A DNA stretch of 64,000 nt, from assembly GCA_035285545.1 (NCBI GenBank), contig JAYKGY010000128.1, forward strand, positions 1 through 64,000, given 5' to 3'. The notes beneath the pieces were generated by a model, which saw only the letters and a program-made list of their open reading frames with translations, was not told where the DNA came from and ran no database searches. A program made the position numbers and the translations under genes. Below, one piece after another: positions 50,166-61,071 of the stretch. This DNA comes from Snowella sp. (lineage in GTDB: Bacteria; Cyanobacteriota; Cyanobacteriia; Cyanobacteriales; Microcystaceae). How positions within the stretch are numbered: the stretch's first letter is position 1; the number at the start of each line of letters is the position of its first letter.

Positions 50166-50243
50166 TTTTCAAACATACTCTAATCCTCTAAAATGCCTTA
50201 AAATATCTATCCAGCGTGTGATCTAGATTTAAATTCTGACCCT

Positions 50244-50516
50244 ATGGATCTTCCTTCGGCTGATACTCCCCTCTACAACCATCCCCTGTCTAGCATTGAG
50301 AATTGGTTAATTAATCTTGGTTGTCAACAAGATCCCCAAAATCGCCACTGTTGGCAGGTTAAATATCCCGCTTGGCAAGCCGAGCTAAGTTTAGATATTG
50401 AAGAATTGACGGTGCGTTACTTTCAAGGGGAATCGGGGGAAAATGATATTAGACGAACCTTTAAGTATTCGCTTAGTCGTCAAGACATTGAAGATGCCGT
50501 CTTCTCAGGGCCTTAG
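50244..50516 (+). CDS. DUF3143 family protein
   Basis: TPLYNHPL..IE.WL...FKYSLSRQDIEDAVFSGP. Confidence 0.82.
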   Translation: MDLPSADTPLYNHPLSSIENWLINLGCQQDPQNRHCWQVKYPAWQAELSLDIEELTVRYFQGESGENDIRRTFKYSLSRQDIEDAVFSGP

Positions 50517-50766
50517 TTATAAATAAATATTTCAAGATTTCAAGCTTAAAATCCATTAGTTATATTGGGAATAGAAGCCTTAACTTCCTAGCCGCTTATG
50601 ATGAGCCGCTTTGGAGCTTTTCTCTTTAATTAAAAGTCCTATATTTTCCCGTTTCGCTGTTTTTGACATCCGGCGATCGCGGACGATATTTGACTGCTTC
50701 TAAATTAAGAATAAGCCTAGATTTTTACCCCTAAATCCCCTAATAATCCCTTACCCGTTACTCAAC

Positions 50767-53025
50767 ATGACTGAAACCCTTGAATTTGAAGGCAGAAAAT
50801 TTCTTCCCTTAGATAGTTTACCCACCAGCGAATGGTTATGTCCCATTAATCATCAACATCCTGTCCCCACATTGACTCTCAAAAATGATGATATTTTCTT
50901 AATTACCGATACTTTAGGCAATATCGAACATACGGATTGTACGACGAATAGTGTCGTTAAGAGTATGGGGTTATTTTGTCGAGATACCCGCTATTTAAAT
51001 CATTTAACGCTATTGATTGATAAACAAGCCCCAATCCTTCTCAGTAGCACCGCCCAAAAAGGTTTTTTTCTCTCCATCCTCGCGGCTAACCCTGGCTTAG
51101 TTGATCCAAATTCGGGCAGAACTATCGATGCAGAAACCATTGGCATTCAACGAGAAATTAGTATTAAAGGCGATTTATTTGAAGAAATTACCCTCGATAA
51201 TTACAATACCTTTCCGGTTGACTTCACCATTAGTTTAAGCTTTGGTGCCGACTTTTTAGATATTTTTGATGTTCGCGGTTATGCACGGGAAAAACGGGGC
51301 AATCTTCTCCAGTTCTCTGGTTATTATCGGAATGAATTAAAGCAAGCTGACAATCACCCTAACCCTGAAATTATCCTCGCCTATCAAGGACAAGATGGCG
51401 TAATTCTGGAATCCCGTATCCAGTTTCACCCATTAACACCGGATGAAGTCCAACACTATACCGCGATTTGGCATGTGCATTTAGAAGGCCGAGAACGCAA
51501 ATGTCTGGGTTATAAAATCCAACTTTATAACAATAATCGTCCTGCTTCGCTGGATAACGTGCCCATTACCTTAATGCAAGCCAAAGCCTCTGAAATCTTA
51601 GAATCGAAGGCTTGGATGGAGCAAATTACTAAAATTGAATCTGACAATAAAGCCCTGAATCGTATTATCCAACAGGCTGAGCAGGATATTTATCTGCTAC
51701 GACAAACTATCGAAGGGCGAAAGGTTCTCTCCGCTGGGGTTCCCTGGTTTTCAACCCTCTTTGGGCGGGACTCCATTATCGCTGCGTCCCAAACCTTGCT
51801 TTTAGATCCGTCCATTGCCCGCGATACGCTCTACGTTTTGGCACAATTCCAAGGGAAAACGAATAATGACTGGCGAGAAGAAGAACCAGGCAAAATTCTC
51901 CATGAAATTCGCTTTGGGGAGATGGCCCGCTGTAATGAAATCCCCCATACGCCTTATTACGGAACCATTGATGCGACTCCGCTTTGGTTGATGCTTTATG
52001 CGGAATATTATGCCTGGACGGGTGATGAGGAAACTTTAAATGCGCTTTGGGATAATGCCTTAGCTGCGATGGATTGGTGCGATCGCAATCTTAAAGAAAC
52101 GGGTTATCTCCGCTATTTTTCTCGCTCCTATCGAGGGTTAACGAATCAGGGTTGGAAGGATTCGGGCAATTGTATTGTGGATAGTAAGGGAGAATTAGCC
52201 AAGGGCGCGATCGCGTTGGTAGAAGTCCAAGGCTATGTCTATGCGGCCAAAATTCGCCTAGCAGAAATTGCCAGTTCCAAAAAACTCTATGAATTAGCCG
52301 AAACCTGGCAACAATCGGCCAGAGAACTCAAAACCCGCTTTAACCGAGATTTTTGGTTAGCGGAAGAAGGCTTCTGTGCCTTGGGGTTAGATGGAGAAGG
52401 CAAACCCATTGATAGTATTACCTCGAATCCGGGGCATTGCCTCCATTTAGGCATTTTAGACATTGAAAAGGCCTATAGTGTGGCGGATCGTCTCAAAGCT
52501 CCCGATATGTTTAGTGGCTGGGGAATTCGCACCCTAAGTAACTATAATCCCGCCTATAATCCCATGGGCTATCATATCGGCTCGGTGTGGCCCCATGATA
52601 ATGGCATGATTGCTCAAGGGCTACGTTCTCTCGGTTTTGTTGATCAACCCTTAGAAATTGCCCAGGGGATCTTTGATATGACCATGACCCAACCCTATCA
52701 GCGTCCCCCCGAATTGTTCTGTGGCCATGAACGTAGCGAAGATAGCTTACCCATTCAATATCCAGTCGCTTGTTCTCCCCAAGCCTGGGCCAGTGGTACT
52801 ATTTTCCAGTTTCTGACGATGATGATGAACTTAGTGCCCGATGCCCAGGGAAATTACCTGAGAATTATTGATCCGACAATCTTACCCTCCATGAATCAGT
52901 TATCTATCCAAAATCTACGAGTGGGTAAGACCCTTTTAGATCTGGAATTTGAACGATCCAATGGGGCTGTCGGCTGTCGGGTCACAAAAAAACGAGGTAA
53001 TCTGCGGGTTGTCATCGAGGCTTAA
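50767..53025 (+). CDS. Amylo-alpha-1,6-glucosidase / glycogen debranching family protein
   Basis: AGVPWFSTLFGRDS, EEPGKILHE, NQGWKDS, YHIGSVWPHDN, PQAW. Confidence 0.9.
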   Translation: MTETLEFEGRKFLPLDSLPTSEWLCPINHQHPVPTLTLKNDDIFLITDTLGNIEHTDCTTNSVVKSMGLFCRDTRYLNHLTLLIDKQAPILLSSTAQKGFFLSILAANPGLVDPNSGRTIDAETIGIQREISIKGDLFEEITLDNYNTFPVDFTISLSFGADFLDIFDVRGYAREKRGNLLQFSGYYRNELKQADNHPNPEIILAYQGQDGVILESRIQFHPLTPDEVQHYTAIWHVHLEGRERKCLGYKIQLYNNNRPASLDNVPITLMQAKASEILESKAWMEQITKIESDNKALNRIIQQAEQDIYLLRQTIEGRKVLSAGVPWFSTLFGRDSIIAASQTLLLDPSIARDTLYVLAQFQGKTNNDWREEEPGKILHEIRFGEMARCNEIPHTPYYGTIDATPLWLMLYAEYYAWTGDEETLNALWDNALAAMDWCDRNLKETGYLRYFSRSYRGLTNQGWKDSGNCIVDSKGELAKGAIALVEVQGYVYAAKIRLAEIASSKKLYELAETWQQSARELKTRFNRDFWLAEEGFCALGLDGEGKPIDSITSNPGHCLHLGILDIEKAYSVADRLKAPDMFSGWGIRTLSNYNPAYNPMGYHIGSVWPHDNGMIAQGLRSLGFVDQPLEIAQGIFDMTMTQPYQRPPELFCGHERSEDSLPIQYPVACSPQAWASGTIFQFLTMMMNLVPDAQGNYLRIIDPTILPSMNQLSIQNLRVGKTLLDLEFERSNGAVGCRVTKKRGNLRVVIEA

Positions 53026-53619
53026 GATTTTGGGCGTTAAACTCTCCTTTGTCTAACGCCTCATTTAGACGTAAACGATTAGCCAACCTCATCAAAATTA
53101 CAAGTATGAAAAAATAAAATAATCATTAGGGTTATTGATAGATTGAGCGAAAAAACAAAAAACAATAGTTTTGATGAATTCAAACATTAATCTACATAAG
53201 TAGAAATAGGCTAAAAAGCAGAGTAAAAAAAGAGCAATTTAAGGATGTTTAGGTTGCCAGTTAATTCTCTTCAATTCAATTGAATCCCAAGATTATAGAA
53301 ATCAATAAATTATCAATAGATGGAAATAAGTGCTTATAAAAACCCAAAGAGCTTAGATAATTACCACCAAAAAGTGCTAGGATTTTTCAGGACTAAATCC
53401 TGTTATTGATTGTACATGAGTATTTAAAAAGGGGTCAAATCATTGAAAACTCGTCAGAAAGATAAATTCGTTTTAAAATCAATTCTACTGGGGATCATTT
53501 GGAATTAAGCAGATAAAATTTTGTGCTCGCGATGGCAGAATTGAAAGGATGCGAATGAAATAATGTTACGCTGTTATTCAGATTGATCCCTTATTGAACC
53601 AATTTCTCTGCTAACTTTT

Positions 53620-55338
53620 GTGAGCGATCGCCCTATCCGCCTGATTTTGATTGATGAAGACCCGATCTTTCGATTAGGGTTAGTGACAGCGTTAATTTCT
53701 GCCAATCATTTTCAAGTATTAGCCCAAGTCGAATCTCCTCAATCAGCGATCGCGGCTTTAAATCAATCCCAACCCGATATTGTGATCCTTGATCCCCTGT
53801 CTTTAGAAAATGCTAATCAAGGCTGGGAACTCTGTCGCCGCATTCAACAAAATTATCCTGCCGTTAAAATTTGTCTGTTAACCGCAACCTTAGAATACAG
53901 CAAATTAATTCAAGCCAAAAAACAGGGCGTAGAAGCTTATTTTCCCAAGGGAACTCCCTTAAATCAACTCCTAGAAGGACTACAACAAATTGCTGACAAC
54001 CAAATCTGTTGGTCAGACCTGTCTTTTTTCCGAAGCTATATCAAATTAAATCGACAAAATCGCTGGCTTTTAAATTCTTTTCAATCAGGGTTATCCCAGA
54101 TCGAGAACAGTTTAAATAATCTCAGTGGGCAACTTCAAAACCCTCGTTTATCTGCCTTCGATGAATTGTTTTTAGAGGGACAAAAGCGGGAACTATTAAC
54201 CGCCCGATGGTTAGTCAAACGCTTAATGCCGAAAAAATTGAAAATGATGTCTCAATTATTGGCTGAAGAAAACCCCTCTGCTAATTTGTCGAATTCGGTT
54301 AACCTACCCGTTGTTTCTCCCGCCGCTGACCTTATTAGCGTGGATGTCCCTACGGGAATTAGTAGCACTTCCAATATTTTTGCTACTACCCTCATTAAAT
54401 TACAAGCCAGCGTTAGTAATCTAACCGACGTTCCCTTAGAGTTAGATATTTTAAAAATTGATCGAAAACAAGAACTTTTAATTTTAGTCTTAAATCAATT
54501 CCAGCATCTTTTAAATGAATTAAAAACCTTGGAAGTAACCCGCGAGCAACTACCTGAGGACACGAGTTTAATTTTAGTAGAAATTTGGCAATCGGTAACT
54601 CTAACATTTTTTGGTAAATATTGTTCACCAAAAGACAATTTTAAGATTGATAAAATTCAAGATTTTTTAAATAGTTATCGAAACTTGATTCAAGCAGAAT
54701 CCCTAAGTAAAATTCCGTTTACAAAAGAGCTATTATCTTACTTCTTATTCGCTGAAAATTTGGTTGTTGATGAAGTTTCCTATCGCTCTGAATCACCTGA
54801 AGCAGGGGAAAGGGCCGAGATTTACCTACAAAATTTGATTATTCAAGTAGCCAATAGCGTAATGGTGTTTATCCTGAACTATTTTTCAGAAAATGAAGAA
54901 ATTAAGCAAGCTCTTTACCAAGAAAAAATGTTGTCCTCTAGGGAAATCGCTAAGTTTCGGAATGATTTGGCCTGGCGTTATCAATTAAGCAAATATTGGT
55001 TAGAACCCGAAAATATTTTTGAAAGTCAATATTCTTTGTTTTATTTCACCTTACAAGGTATCAAACTGACTCAGGTTTATTTCCCCCGTCAAGCAGAGTT
55101 AACTCGACTCGAAGGCTTACCTCTAGCAACCACCATTATTTTAGAACTGCGGGATGCCCTATCCCCCCGTCTGCGATCGCTGGTAACTTTTACGGGGAAT
55201 GGCTTAGTGTTCGTTTTAACTCAGGTCATTGGCCGAGCCATTGGTTTAGTGGTGCGTGGCATCTTACAAGGAGTGGGCACCACTTGGCAGGAGACCCGCT
55301 ACAGCCGAAAACGCAGTCGAGAAAACTCCAATTTTTAA
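53620..55338 (+). CDS. REC domain plus DUF3685 protein (Ycf55-like)
   Basis: N-terminal receiver-like IDEDPIFRLGL; C-terminal SSREIAKFRN, ELRDALSPRL, GRAIGLVVRGILQG. Confidence 0.82.
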   Translation: MSDRPIRLILIDEDPIFRLGLVTALISANHFQVLAQVESPQSAIAALNQSQPDIVILDPLSLENANQGWELCRRIQQNYPAVKICLLTATLEYSKLIQAKKQGVEAYFPKGTPLNQLLEGLQQIADNQICWSDLSFFRSYIKLNRQNRWLLNSFQSGLSQIENSLNNLSGQLQNPRLSAFDELFLEGQKRELLTARWLVKRLMPKKLKMMSQLLAEENPSANLSNSVNLPVVSPAADLISVDVPTGISSTSNIFATTLIKLQASVSNLTDVPLELDILKIDRKQELLILVLNQFQHLLNELKTLEVTREQLPEDTSLILVEIWQSVTLTFFGKYCSPKDNFKIDKIQDFLNSYRNLIQAESLSKIPFTKELLSYFLFAENLVVDEVSYRSESPEAGERAEIYLQNLIIQVANSVMVFILNYFSENEEIKQALYQEKMLSSREIAKFRNDLAWRYQLSKYWLEPENIFESQYSLFYFTLQGIKLTQVYFPRQAELTRLEGLPLATTIILELRDALSPRLRSLVTFTGNGLVFVLTQVIGRAIGLVVRGILQGVGTTWQETRYSRKRSRENSNF

Positions 55339-55580
55339 GAAGCTGTGACTTGGCTCTCACTTCCCAAAACTTCAATATATTGAGTTTCCATTAAAAACAT
55401 TCCTCGCTCAAAGCGAACCCCCCAGTAGCCCCCTGGCCGACGATCCATCACAACCCCTTCAGCCCCCAATTCTAAAAGGTCAGCCGGTCGTAACATCGGC
55501 ATGGGAGTAGCCGTTTTTAAATAGGGCGGATGGCTCACTAAACGAACTTTACTTCCAACGGTAATTTCTTGAGTATTCAT
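55335..55580 (-). CDS. sipA: SipA regulatory protein (DUF3148)
   Basis: PPYLKTATPMPMLRP...RRPGGYWGVRF. Confidence 0.88.
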   Translation of the reverse strand: MNTQEITVGSKVRLVSHPPYLKTATPMPMLRPADLLELGAEGVVMDRRPGGYWGVRFERGMFLMETQYIEVLGSESQVTAS

Positions 55581-55582
55581 TA

Positions 55583-55849
55583 TTAAATCACTGCCTCATC
55601 TTCTGCAATCGTTAACTTGCGAGGGCAAGCTTTTTCGATGACATAACTAATGCCTTGCGCTCCTTCTTCTCGTAGATCTTGAAGATAGTCACCATGATAA
55701 CTTTCGGCTTCTTGAACCGAATCAAACGGCCCAAAATAGTAGGTGCAAATGGGAACTTGGGTTTCAACCTTAACCCACCATTTTTGCTTGTTATTCAAGA
55801 AAAGACTAACCAGAACGAGGTAAATTAAAAACAAAACAAAGCTAAACAT
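55583..55849 (-). CDS. DUF1816 family protein
   Basis: WWVKVET..P.CTYYFGPF...YLQDL.EEGA. Confidence 0.85.
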   Translation of the reverse strand: MFSFVLFLIYLVLVSLFLNNKQKWWVKVETQVPICTYYFGPFDSVQEAESYHGDYLQDLREEGAQGISYVIEKACPRKLTIAEDEAVI

Positions 55850-56019
55850 ATTGGCTCAACTGGATTAAATGAGTTTTCTTAAACGGAATTAAACCCAAAC
55901 AGGTTCAGTCAAGATAAACTTAACTGCTTGGTTTAGCTACTTTTAAATGGTTATGATTGTGTCATATTTTGCTTGTTTTATCCATAAACGTCATCTATTC
56001 GGTGTTTATTCGCAAAAAA

Positions 56020-57417
56020 TTAATCAGCCTCTCCACCAATCACCACGTCACGAATCCGTAAACTGGGGCCACCACACCCCACCGCTAAACCGCTTTGTCC
56101 ACCTTTGCCACAGCCTCCTGATTCATCCCAATAAAAATCGTCTCCGATTCCTTCAATATTAGCTAAAGTCTTGAAAACGTTACCCGATAAAGTCACATCT
56201 CGGACAGGTTCGGCCAATTCTCCATTGCGAATCATCCAGGCTTCCCCTGCACTAAAGGTAAACATTTCGCCGTTGGTCATGCCGCCTAACCAATTTTTGG
56301 CATAAACCCCTTCCGTGATGCCATTAAATAAATCGGGAACTGCTGTTTTCCCCCGTTCGATCCAAGTGTTGGTCATACGGACGATGGGAGGATAGTGATA
56401 GTTCAAACAGCGAGCGTTTCCGGTGGCCGTTTCCCCTAATTTGCCGGCGGTTTCCCGTGAGTGCAGCCGTCCGACTAAAACCCCGTCTTTAATTAATTGG
56501 GTAGTTGTGGCAGGAACCCCTTCATCGTCGTAGAAGTAACTGCCTCGGTGGCCGATTGGGGCGGCTCCGTCAAGGATTTGTAATTCGTCGGGGCCAAAGC
56601 GTTTTCCCATACTCATGACTTCGAGGAGGTCAGGGTTTTCGTAGAGCATATCGGCTTCGGAAAGATGGCCAAAGGCTTCATGAACAAAGAGACCTGTCAA
56701 AATCGGATCAATCACAATGGTGTAGGTATTACCTTTAACGGTGGGTAAGGTAAGGGCAGTAACGGCGCGTTGGGCAGCCCCTAAAACCTGTTCATCCAAG
56801 TTGCTTAGGTCTTCGTAGCCTTTGCGAGAGCCAGTGGTTTCTCGTCCAGTTTGTAAAATTTCTCCGTCTCTGGCAGTGGCCGAAAAGCGCATTTCAATGT
56901 CACACCAGGATTGTTCAATGAAGGTTCCTTCTGAGGTGGCGAGTAAGATCCGTTGGGTGGTGTCTCCGTAACGCACAGAGGTGGTGGTAATTTTGGGGCT
57001 AGCACTGCGTAGTATTTCGTTGTAGCGATCGCAGAGAGCCTTCTTTTGGCTCAAAGGGATATGGCGGGGATCGGTGCCGGTGAGGGGTAATTGGCAAATG
57101 GTTTGAATGGGATCAACGGGCGCGAGGATCGTTTCTTCTTCCCCAATTAATTTCGCCGCGGCGATCGCTTCTTCAATCCGTTCCGCTAGGGTAGAAAGCC
57201 GATTAAAGGTAGCAAATCCCCAACCCCCATTATGACAAGCTCGAACTTGACCCCCGATGGCAATGCCTTCACTCAGGGTTTCAATTTTTTCACTCCGCAA
57301 CAAAATATTGGTTCCTTCCGATTGTTCGAGGCGAATAGCTAGGTAATCGACGCGATCGCGATACCGTTGCATAAGGTCACTTAACTGATTTTTGATCGGG
57401 GCGAAGGAGTCCGTCAT
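56020..57417 (-). CDS. tldD: TldD family metalloprotease
   Basis: HEAFGHLSEAD, YDDEG, RMTNT, GCGKGGQ. Confidence 0.9.
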   Translation of the reverse strand: MTDSFAPIKNQLSDLMQRYRDRVDYLAIRLEQSEGTNILLRSEKIETLSEGIAIGGQVRACHNGGWGFATFNRLSTLAERIEEAIAAAKLIGEEETILAPVDPIQTICQLPLTGTDPRHIPLSQKKALCDRYNEILRSASPKITTTSVRYGDTTQRILLATSEGTFIEQSWCDIEMRFSATARDGEILQTGRETTGSRKGYEDLSNLDEQVLGAAQRAVTALTLPTVKGNTYTIVIDPILTGLFVHEAFGHLSEADMLYENPDLLEVMSMGKRFGPDELQILDGAAPIGHRGSYFYDDEGVPATTTQLIKDGVLVGRLHSRETAGKLGETATGNARCLNYHYPPIVRMTNTWIERGKTAVPDLFNGITEGVYAKNWLGGMTNGEMFTFSAGEAWMIRNGELAEPVRDVTLSGNVFKTLANIEGIGDDFYWDESGGCGKGGQSGLAVGCGGPSLRIRDVVIGGEAD

Positions 57418-57555
57418 GATCGCAGCCTATGAGATAAACATCGTGTTTGGTTTTATTATCCTGGATTTTTCTAAGAAATTAACGACAGATTATTCTTGCA
57501 GATCTAACTTGCTGATGTTCCGAAAAAAAATGCTTAATCTAAGAATGATAATGGT

Positions 57556-58902
57556 ATGATTCAAGCAAGAGTAATCCCCGTCATTGAATCCTCATTTTTC
57601 TATTTAAACTACGCATCATTTTTACGATCTGTGCCAAAATTCCAATGCAAACAATGTGGTAAGCAGTTTAGCCTATCCATTCGTCCCCAAAGTTGTCAAT
57701 ATTGCGGTAGTGCTAACCTCATCGCCAAAAGTCGGCAGTCCGCAGGGGCTAACTTTCTGATTAATGCGGCGGCTCCTTCTAAGGCTTCTTCACGAAAGTC
57801 TAAAATGTCTTCGTTTGCTCCCGTCAACAAATTCACCTCAAATATTGAATCACCTACTAGCGAAAATCCGACCTCCAAGCCTTTTTTATTGAGTCAGCCC
57901 CTGGTGGATAAATCTTCTCTGCGGCCACCGTCAGGCATTTTTGGTGATTTAATTGATCCCGTTCAAATTCTGATTCAAATGGGTTTGATTATTCTGACAA
58001 TTGCTGGTTTAGGAGGGAGTTTATATTGGCTAGGAAATTTAAAATACGATACCACTGCTTTTCAAAAAGTTGCCCTTGACGGAAACTTTAAACTTCCTAA
58101 AAAATGGCGATTAAATCAAGGCGCAAAAATTGATCAAGAAAAATTAATTCATGCCCATTCAGTAAATCAAGCTAACTATGTTTCTGTTTTAAAGGAACAG
58201 CTTTTTGGGGATGCAGATATCACGGTAGAAACGAATCTCACTCAACCTAGTTCAGATTTATCCTTTGGCATTGCGGCGAAGATCAACGGTAAAAACAATC
58301 AAAATTTTTATTACCTATTGGTGCAACCGGATGGTTCTTTTGCAATGGGTAAACGGAATCAAGAAAATTGGGATAATAAGGTTAATTGGCGAAAAAGTTC
58401 CGCGATCGCGCTAGGAGAAGCCCCGAATTTACTCAGAATTGTGTGTAAAGATAACTTAGTGATTGGATTTATCAACAATCAACGGGTAGCTAGCTTTGAA
58501 GATGACCAATATTCATCGGGACAAGTGGGATTAATTTCCTATCAAACCGGAGGCTCAGAGAGTACAGTTCGCTTTAACAAGTTATTAATTAAAGAAAAAG
58601 AAATTACCGAAAATGAAGCACAACCGTCTCCCCAGGAAGCGATTCAAAAATATTACAAAAAATTAGCAAACAGTGATGAACACAAATCCTTTAATTTTGT
58701 TGACCAAACTAAAATTGATTTTCAAGAAATCCTAGAAAAAACGGTAAATACCGCAAAAGTTAAAGTCGGGTTACGCTATAGCCTGAAAAATGGCACCAAG
58801 ATTTGTGAAAGTCGTGTGATGTCCTTAGTTTTTGATCCTAAGATTTATCAATGGAAAATCGAAAAATCCGAAGACATCCGCTCCCAGCCCACTTGTCCCT
58901 AA
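57556..58902 (+). CDS. Hypothetical bitopic protein: zinc ribbon, TM and beta-sandwich domain
   Basis: CKQC...CQYC; TM at about aa 137-160; DUF1080/lectin-like region ending FINNQRV...SSGQVGL; start codon uncertain. Confidence 0.7.
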   Translation: MIQARVIPVIESSFFYLNYASFLRSVPKFQCKQCGKQFSLSIRPQSCQYCGSANLIAKSRQSAGANFLINAAAPSKASSRKSKMSSFAPVNKFTSNIESPTSENPTSKPFLLSQPLVDKSSLRPPSGIFGDLIDPVQILIQMGLIILTIAGLGGSLYWLGNLKYDTTAFQKVALDGNFKLPKKWRLNQGAKIDQEKLIHAHSVNQANYVSVLKEQLFGDADITVETNLTQPSSDLSFGIAAKINGKNNQNFYYLLVQPDGSFAMGKRNQENWDNKVNWRKSSAIALGEAPNLLRIVCKDNLVIGFINNQRVASFEDDQYSSGQVGLISYQTGGSESTVRFNKLLIKEKEITENEAQPSPQEAIQKYYKKLANSDEHKSFNFVDQTKIDFQEILEKTVNTAKVKVGLRYSLKNGTKICESRVMSLVFDPKIYQWKIEKSEDIRSQPTCP

Positions 58903-59005
58903 AACAGCCTAATCAAAACTATCCCGGCTTTAATCCTGATTGCTATATTCTGTTTCTACAGCGATTGATCCGTAATCACAACGCAATTTTTTGTATAACG
59001 CTGAT

Positions 59006-60061
59006 TTAAAACTCATCACAAACGACCTGATTCTTTCCTTGCGCGATCGCCTGTTTGAGGGACTGTTCGGCGACATTGATCAAGGTTTCCGGCGGAATGG
59101 CTGGACTCGGAATAGCGGTAGCAATGCCAAAGCTCAAGGTCATCAAATTTTGTTCTGCATCAAAAATATTTAAATTCTGAATGCCTAAACGAATATTCTC
59201 AACAATACACAGCGCACCTTCCTGGGGCGTATGGGGTAACAAAACCGCAAAAGTATCCTGACTATAGGAAGCCACCACATCGGCAGACCGCTTCACCTGA
59301 TGACGAATGAGGTTAGCAATTTGTTTGGTGTAATCTTGCATAACACTGTTGCCATGATGGTTCCCCAAACCAGAAAAGTCATTAATACAGCAAAGAATCA
59401 AAGACAGTTGGGATTGGGTACTATCTCCCCAAAGAATACGCCCTCGTGCAGAACTGCCCCATTCCCGTTTTAAATCTTTTTCGAGGCGGGGTCGATTAGC
59501 CAAACCAGTGTGGGGATCGATATAGGCAACTTCAGCTAATTCAAAATTGACTCTTTGTAGCGAAGATTCGATTTTATTAAATTCCTGGGTAATTTCCCGC
59601 AAATGATCATTCTGGGCATCCAGTTGCTTTTGCATTTGTGCGATTTTGAGTTGGTGGTTAATGCGCGCGATCGCCACCTTGGGATGAAAGGGAGCTACCA
59701 GATAATCTGTCCCCACCGTATCTAAAATTAAGGAGAGGTCAACATGTTCAGGATTACAACAGAGAAAAATGAGCGGCGTTTTTTCTAAAACCTTAATCTG
59801 TATTAACTGTTGATAGGTTTGGATTGCCTCTGTTGAAATATCGTGACGCAATAAGATCAAGTCAGGCGGGTTAGTTGTGACCGAATCAGCAATCCCATTA
59901 TTCCATTTGATTTGACTGATGGCATAGCCATTTAGCGTTAATTCATCTAATAAAAGGGCGATTTCGTCGGAAGATTCCCCAATAAAAAGGATAGTACTTG
60001 AGAGGCTATTACTCAGATCTAAAGTTGACGGCATAACAAGAATTCCCCCTGATGATGACAA
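59006..60061 (-). CDS. Pseudo-receiver plus degenerate GGDEF domain protein
   Basis: PDLILLR (no phospho-Asp); DPHTGLANR; RSAD I-site; SQDTF in place of GGEEF. Confidence 0.85.
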   Translation of the reverse strand: MSSSGGILVMPSTLDLSNSLSSTILFIGESSDEIALLLDELTLNGYAISQIKWNNGIADSVTTNPPDLILLRHDISTEAIQTYQQLIQIKVLEKTPLIFLCCNPEHVDLSLILDTVGTDYLVAPFHPKVAIARINHQLKIAQMQKQLDAQNDHLREITQEFNKIESSLQRVNFELAEVAYIDPHTGLANRPRLEKDLKREWGSSARGRILWGDSTQSQLSLILCCINDFSGLGNHHGNSVMQDYTKQIANLIRHQVKRSADVVASYSQDTFAVLLPHTPQEGALCIVENIRLGIQNLNIFDAEQNLMTLSFGIATAIPSPAIPPETLINVAEQSLKQAIAQGKNQVVCDEF

Positions 60062-60094
60062 GCATAAGCCTAAAAACAGTAAAAATTGAGGATT

Positions 60095-60973
60095 CTAAGC
60101 GCGATTTTTTTTACGATTACGGGGATTGAGAACTTCACTTAAGCCTTCCCCAATGAAAGATAGTCCAACCACCATCGTTGTTAATGCCAAGCCTGGATAG
60201 AGGGTTGTCCACCAAATCCCCACCGACAGATCCGCCAACGCTTCTTTCAAATCGTGTCCCCATTCGGGAACTTCTTCAGGAAGTCCTAAGCCGAGAAAGC
60301 CCAAACCGCCTAATACGAGGATTGCATCGGCGGCATTCAGGGTAAACAGGACAGGGACACTTTGGATAACGTTCAAAAATAGGTATTTGGATAAAACCCT
60401 TGTTGGGGTTGCGCCCATTGCTTTAGCGGCTTCCACAAACAGTTCGTTTTTAACGCTCGTGGTATGGTTGCGAACGAGGCGATAGTATTGGGGAATATAG
60501 GAAATACTAACCGCGATCGCGACGTTAAGGATTCCTCGACCGAGAATAAACGCTAAAGTAATCGAGAGCAGTAGCCCTGGTAGGGTATAGATCGTATCCA
60601 TAATAAAAAGTAGAAATTTATCTACTTTCCCGCCTAAATAACCACTAATTAGTCCCAAGGGAACCCCAATGAAGACCGATAGGGTCGTAGCGAGGATAAC
60701 CACCTGTAAAGCGGCTTGGGAACCAAACAGGGTACGGGAAAAAACATCGTAACCCCGCACATTTGTCCCAAACCAATGGCTCCAACTGGGAGCTTCTAAG
60801 GGCAAGCTGTTGAGTAAGTCCGTAGGATCTTGTAATAACCCAACCGCTTGTAAAAGGGGAGCAAAAATTGCAATTAAGATAAAAATAGCCGTAATAACCA
60901 GCCCCACTACCATCAATTGCAGGGATAAATTGGGACGCAGCGATCGCACAAAAGGAAGTTTAACAGTGGTCAT
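60095..60973 (-). CDS. Peptide ABC transporter permease (DppC-like)
   Basis: HWFGT..GYDVFSR, FVEAAKAMGA EAA loop, PEWG. Confidence 0.9.
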   Translation of the reverse strand: MTTVKLPFVRSLRPNLSLQLMVVGLVITAIFILIAIFAPLLQAVGLLQDPTDLLNSLPLEAPSWSHWFGTNVRGYDVFSRTLFGSQAALQVVILATTLSVFIGVPLGLISGYLGGKVDKFLLFIMDTIYTLPGLLLSITLAFILGRGILNVAIAVSISYIPQYYRLVRNHTTSVKNELFVEAAKAMGATPTRVLSKYLFLNVIQSVPVLFTLNAADAILVLGGLGFLGLGLPEEVPEWGHDLKEALADLSVGIWWTTLYPGLALTTMVVGLSFIGEGLSEVLNPRNRKKNRA

Positions 60974-61071
60974 AGGCGGTTATAGAGCTTAATTTCAATA
61001 GATTACGACCTAATCGCTTTCCTATCAAGTCAAAAATACAGGTTTGTAAGAAAAATTTGTTGTTCGTAAAA

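Noticed and set aside
56020..57417. tldD as marker of a RiPP cluster
   Set aside because: No precursor peptide, YcaO or other modifying enzyme, or tldE nearby; appears housekeeping
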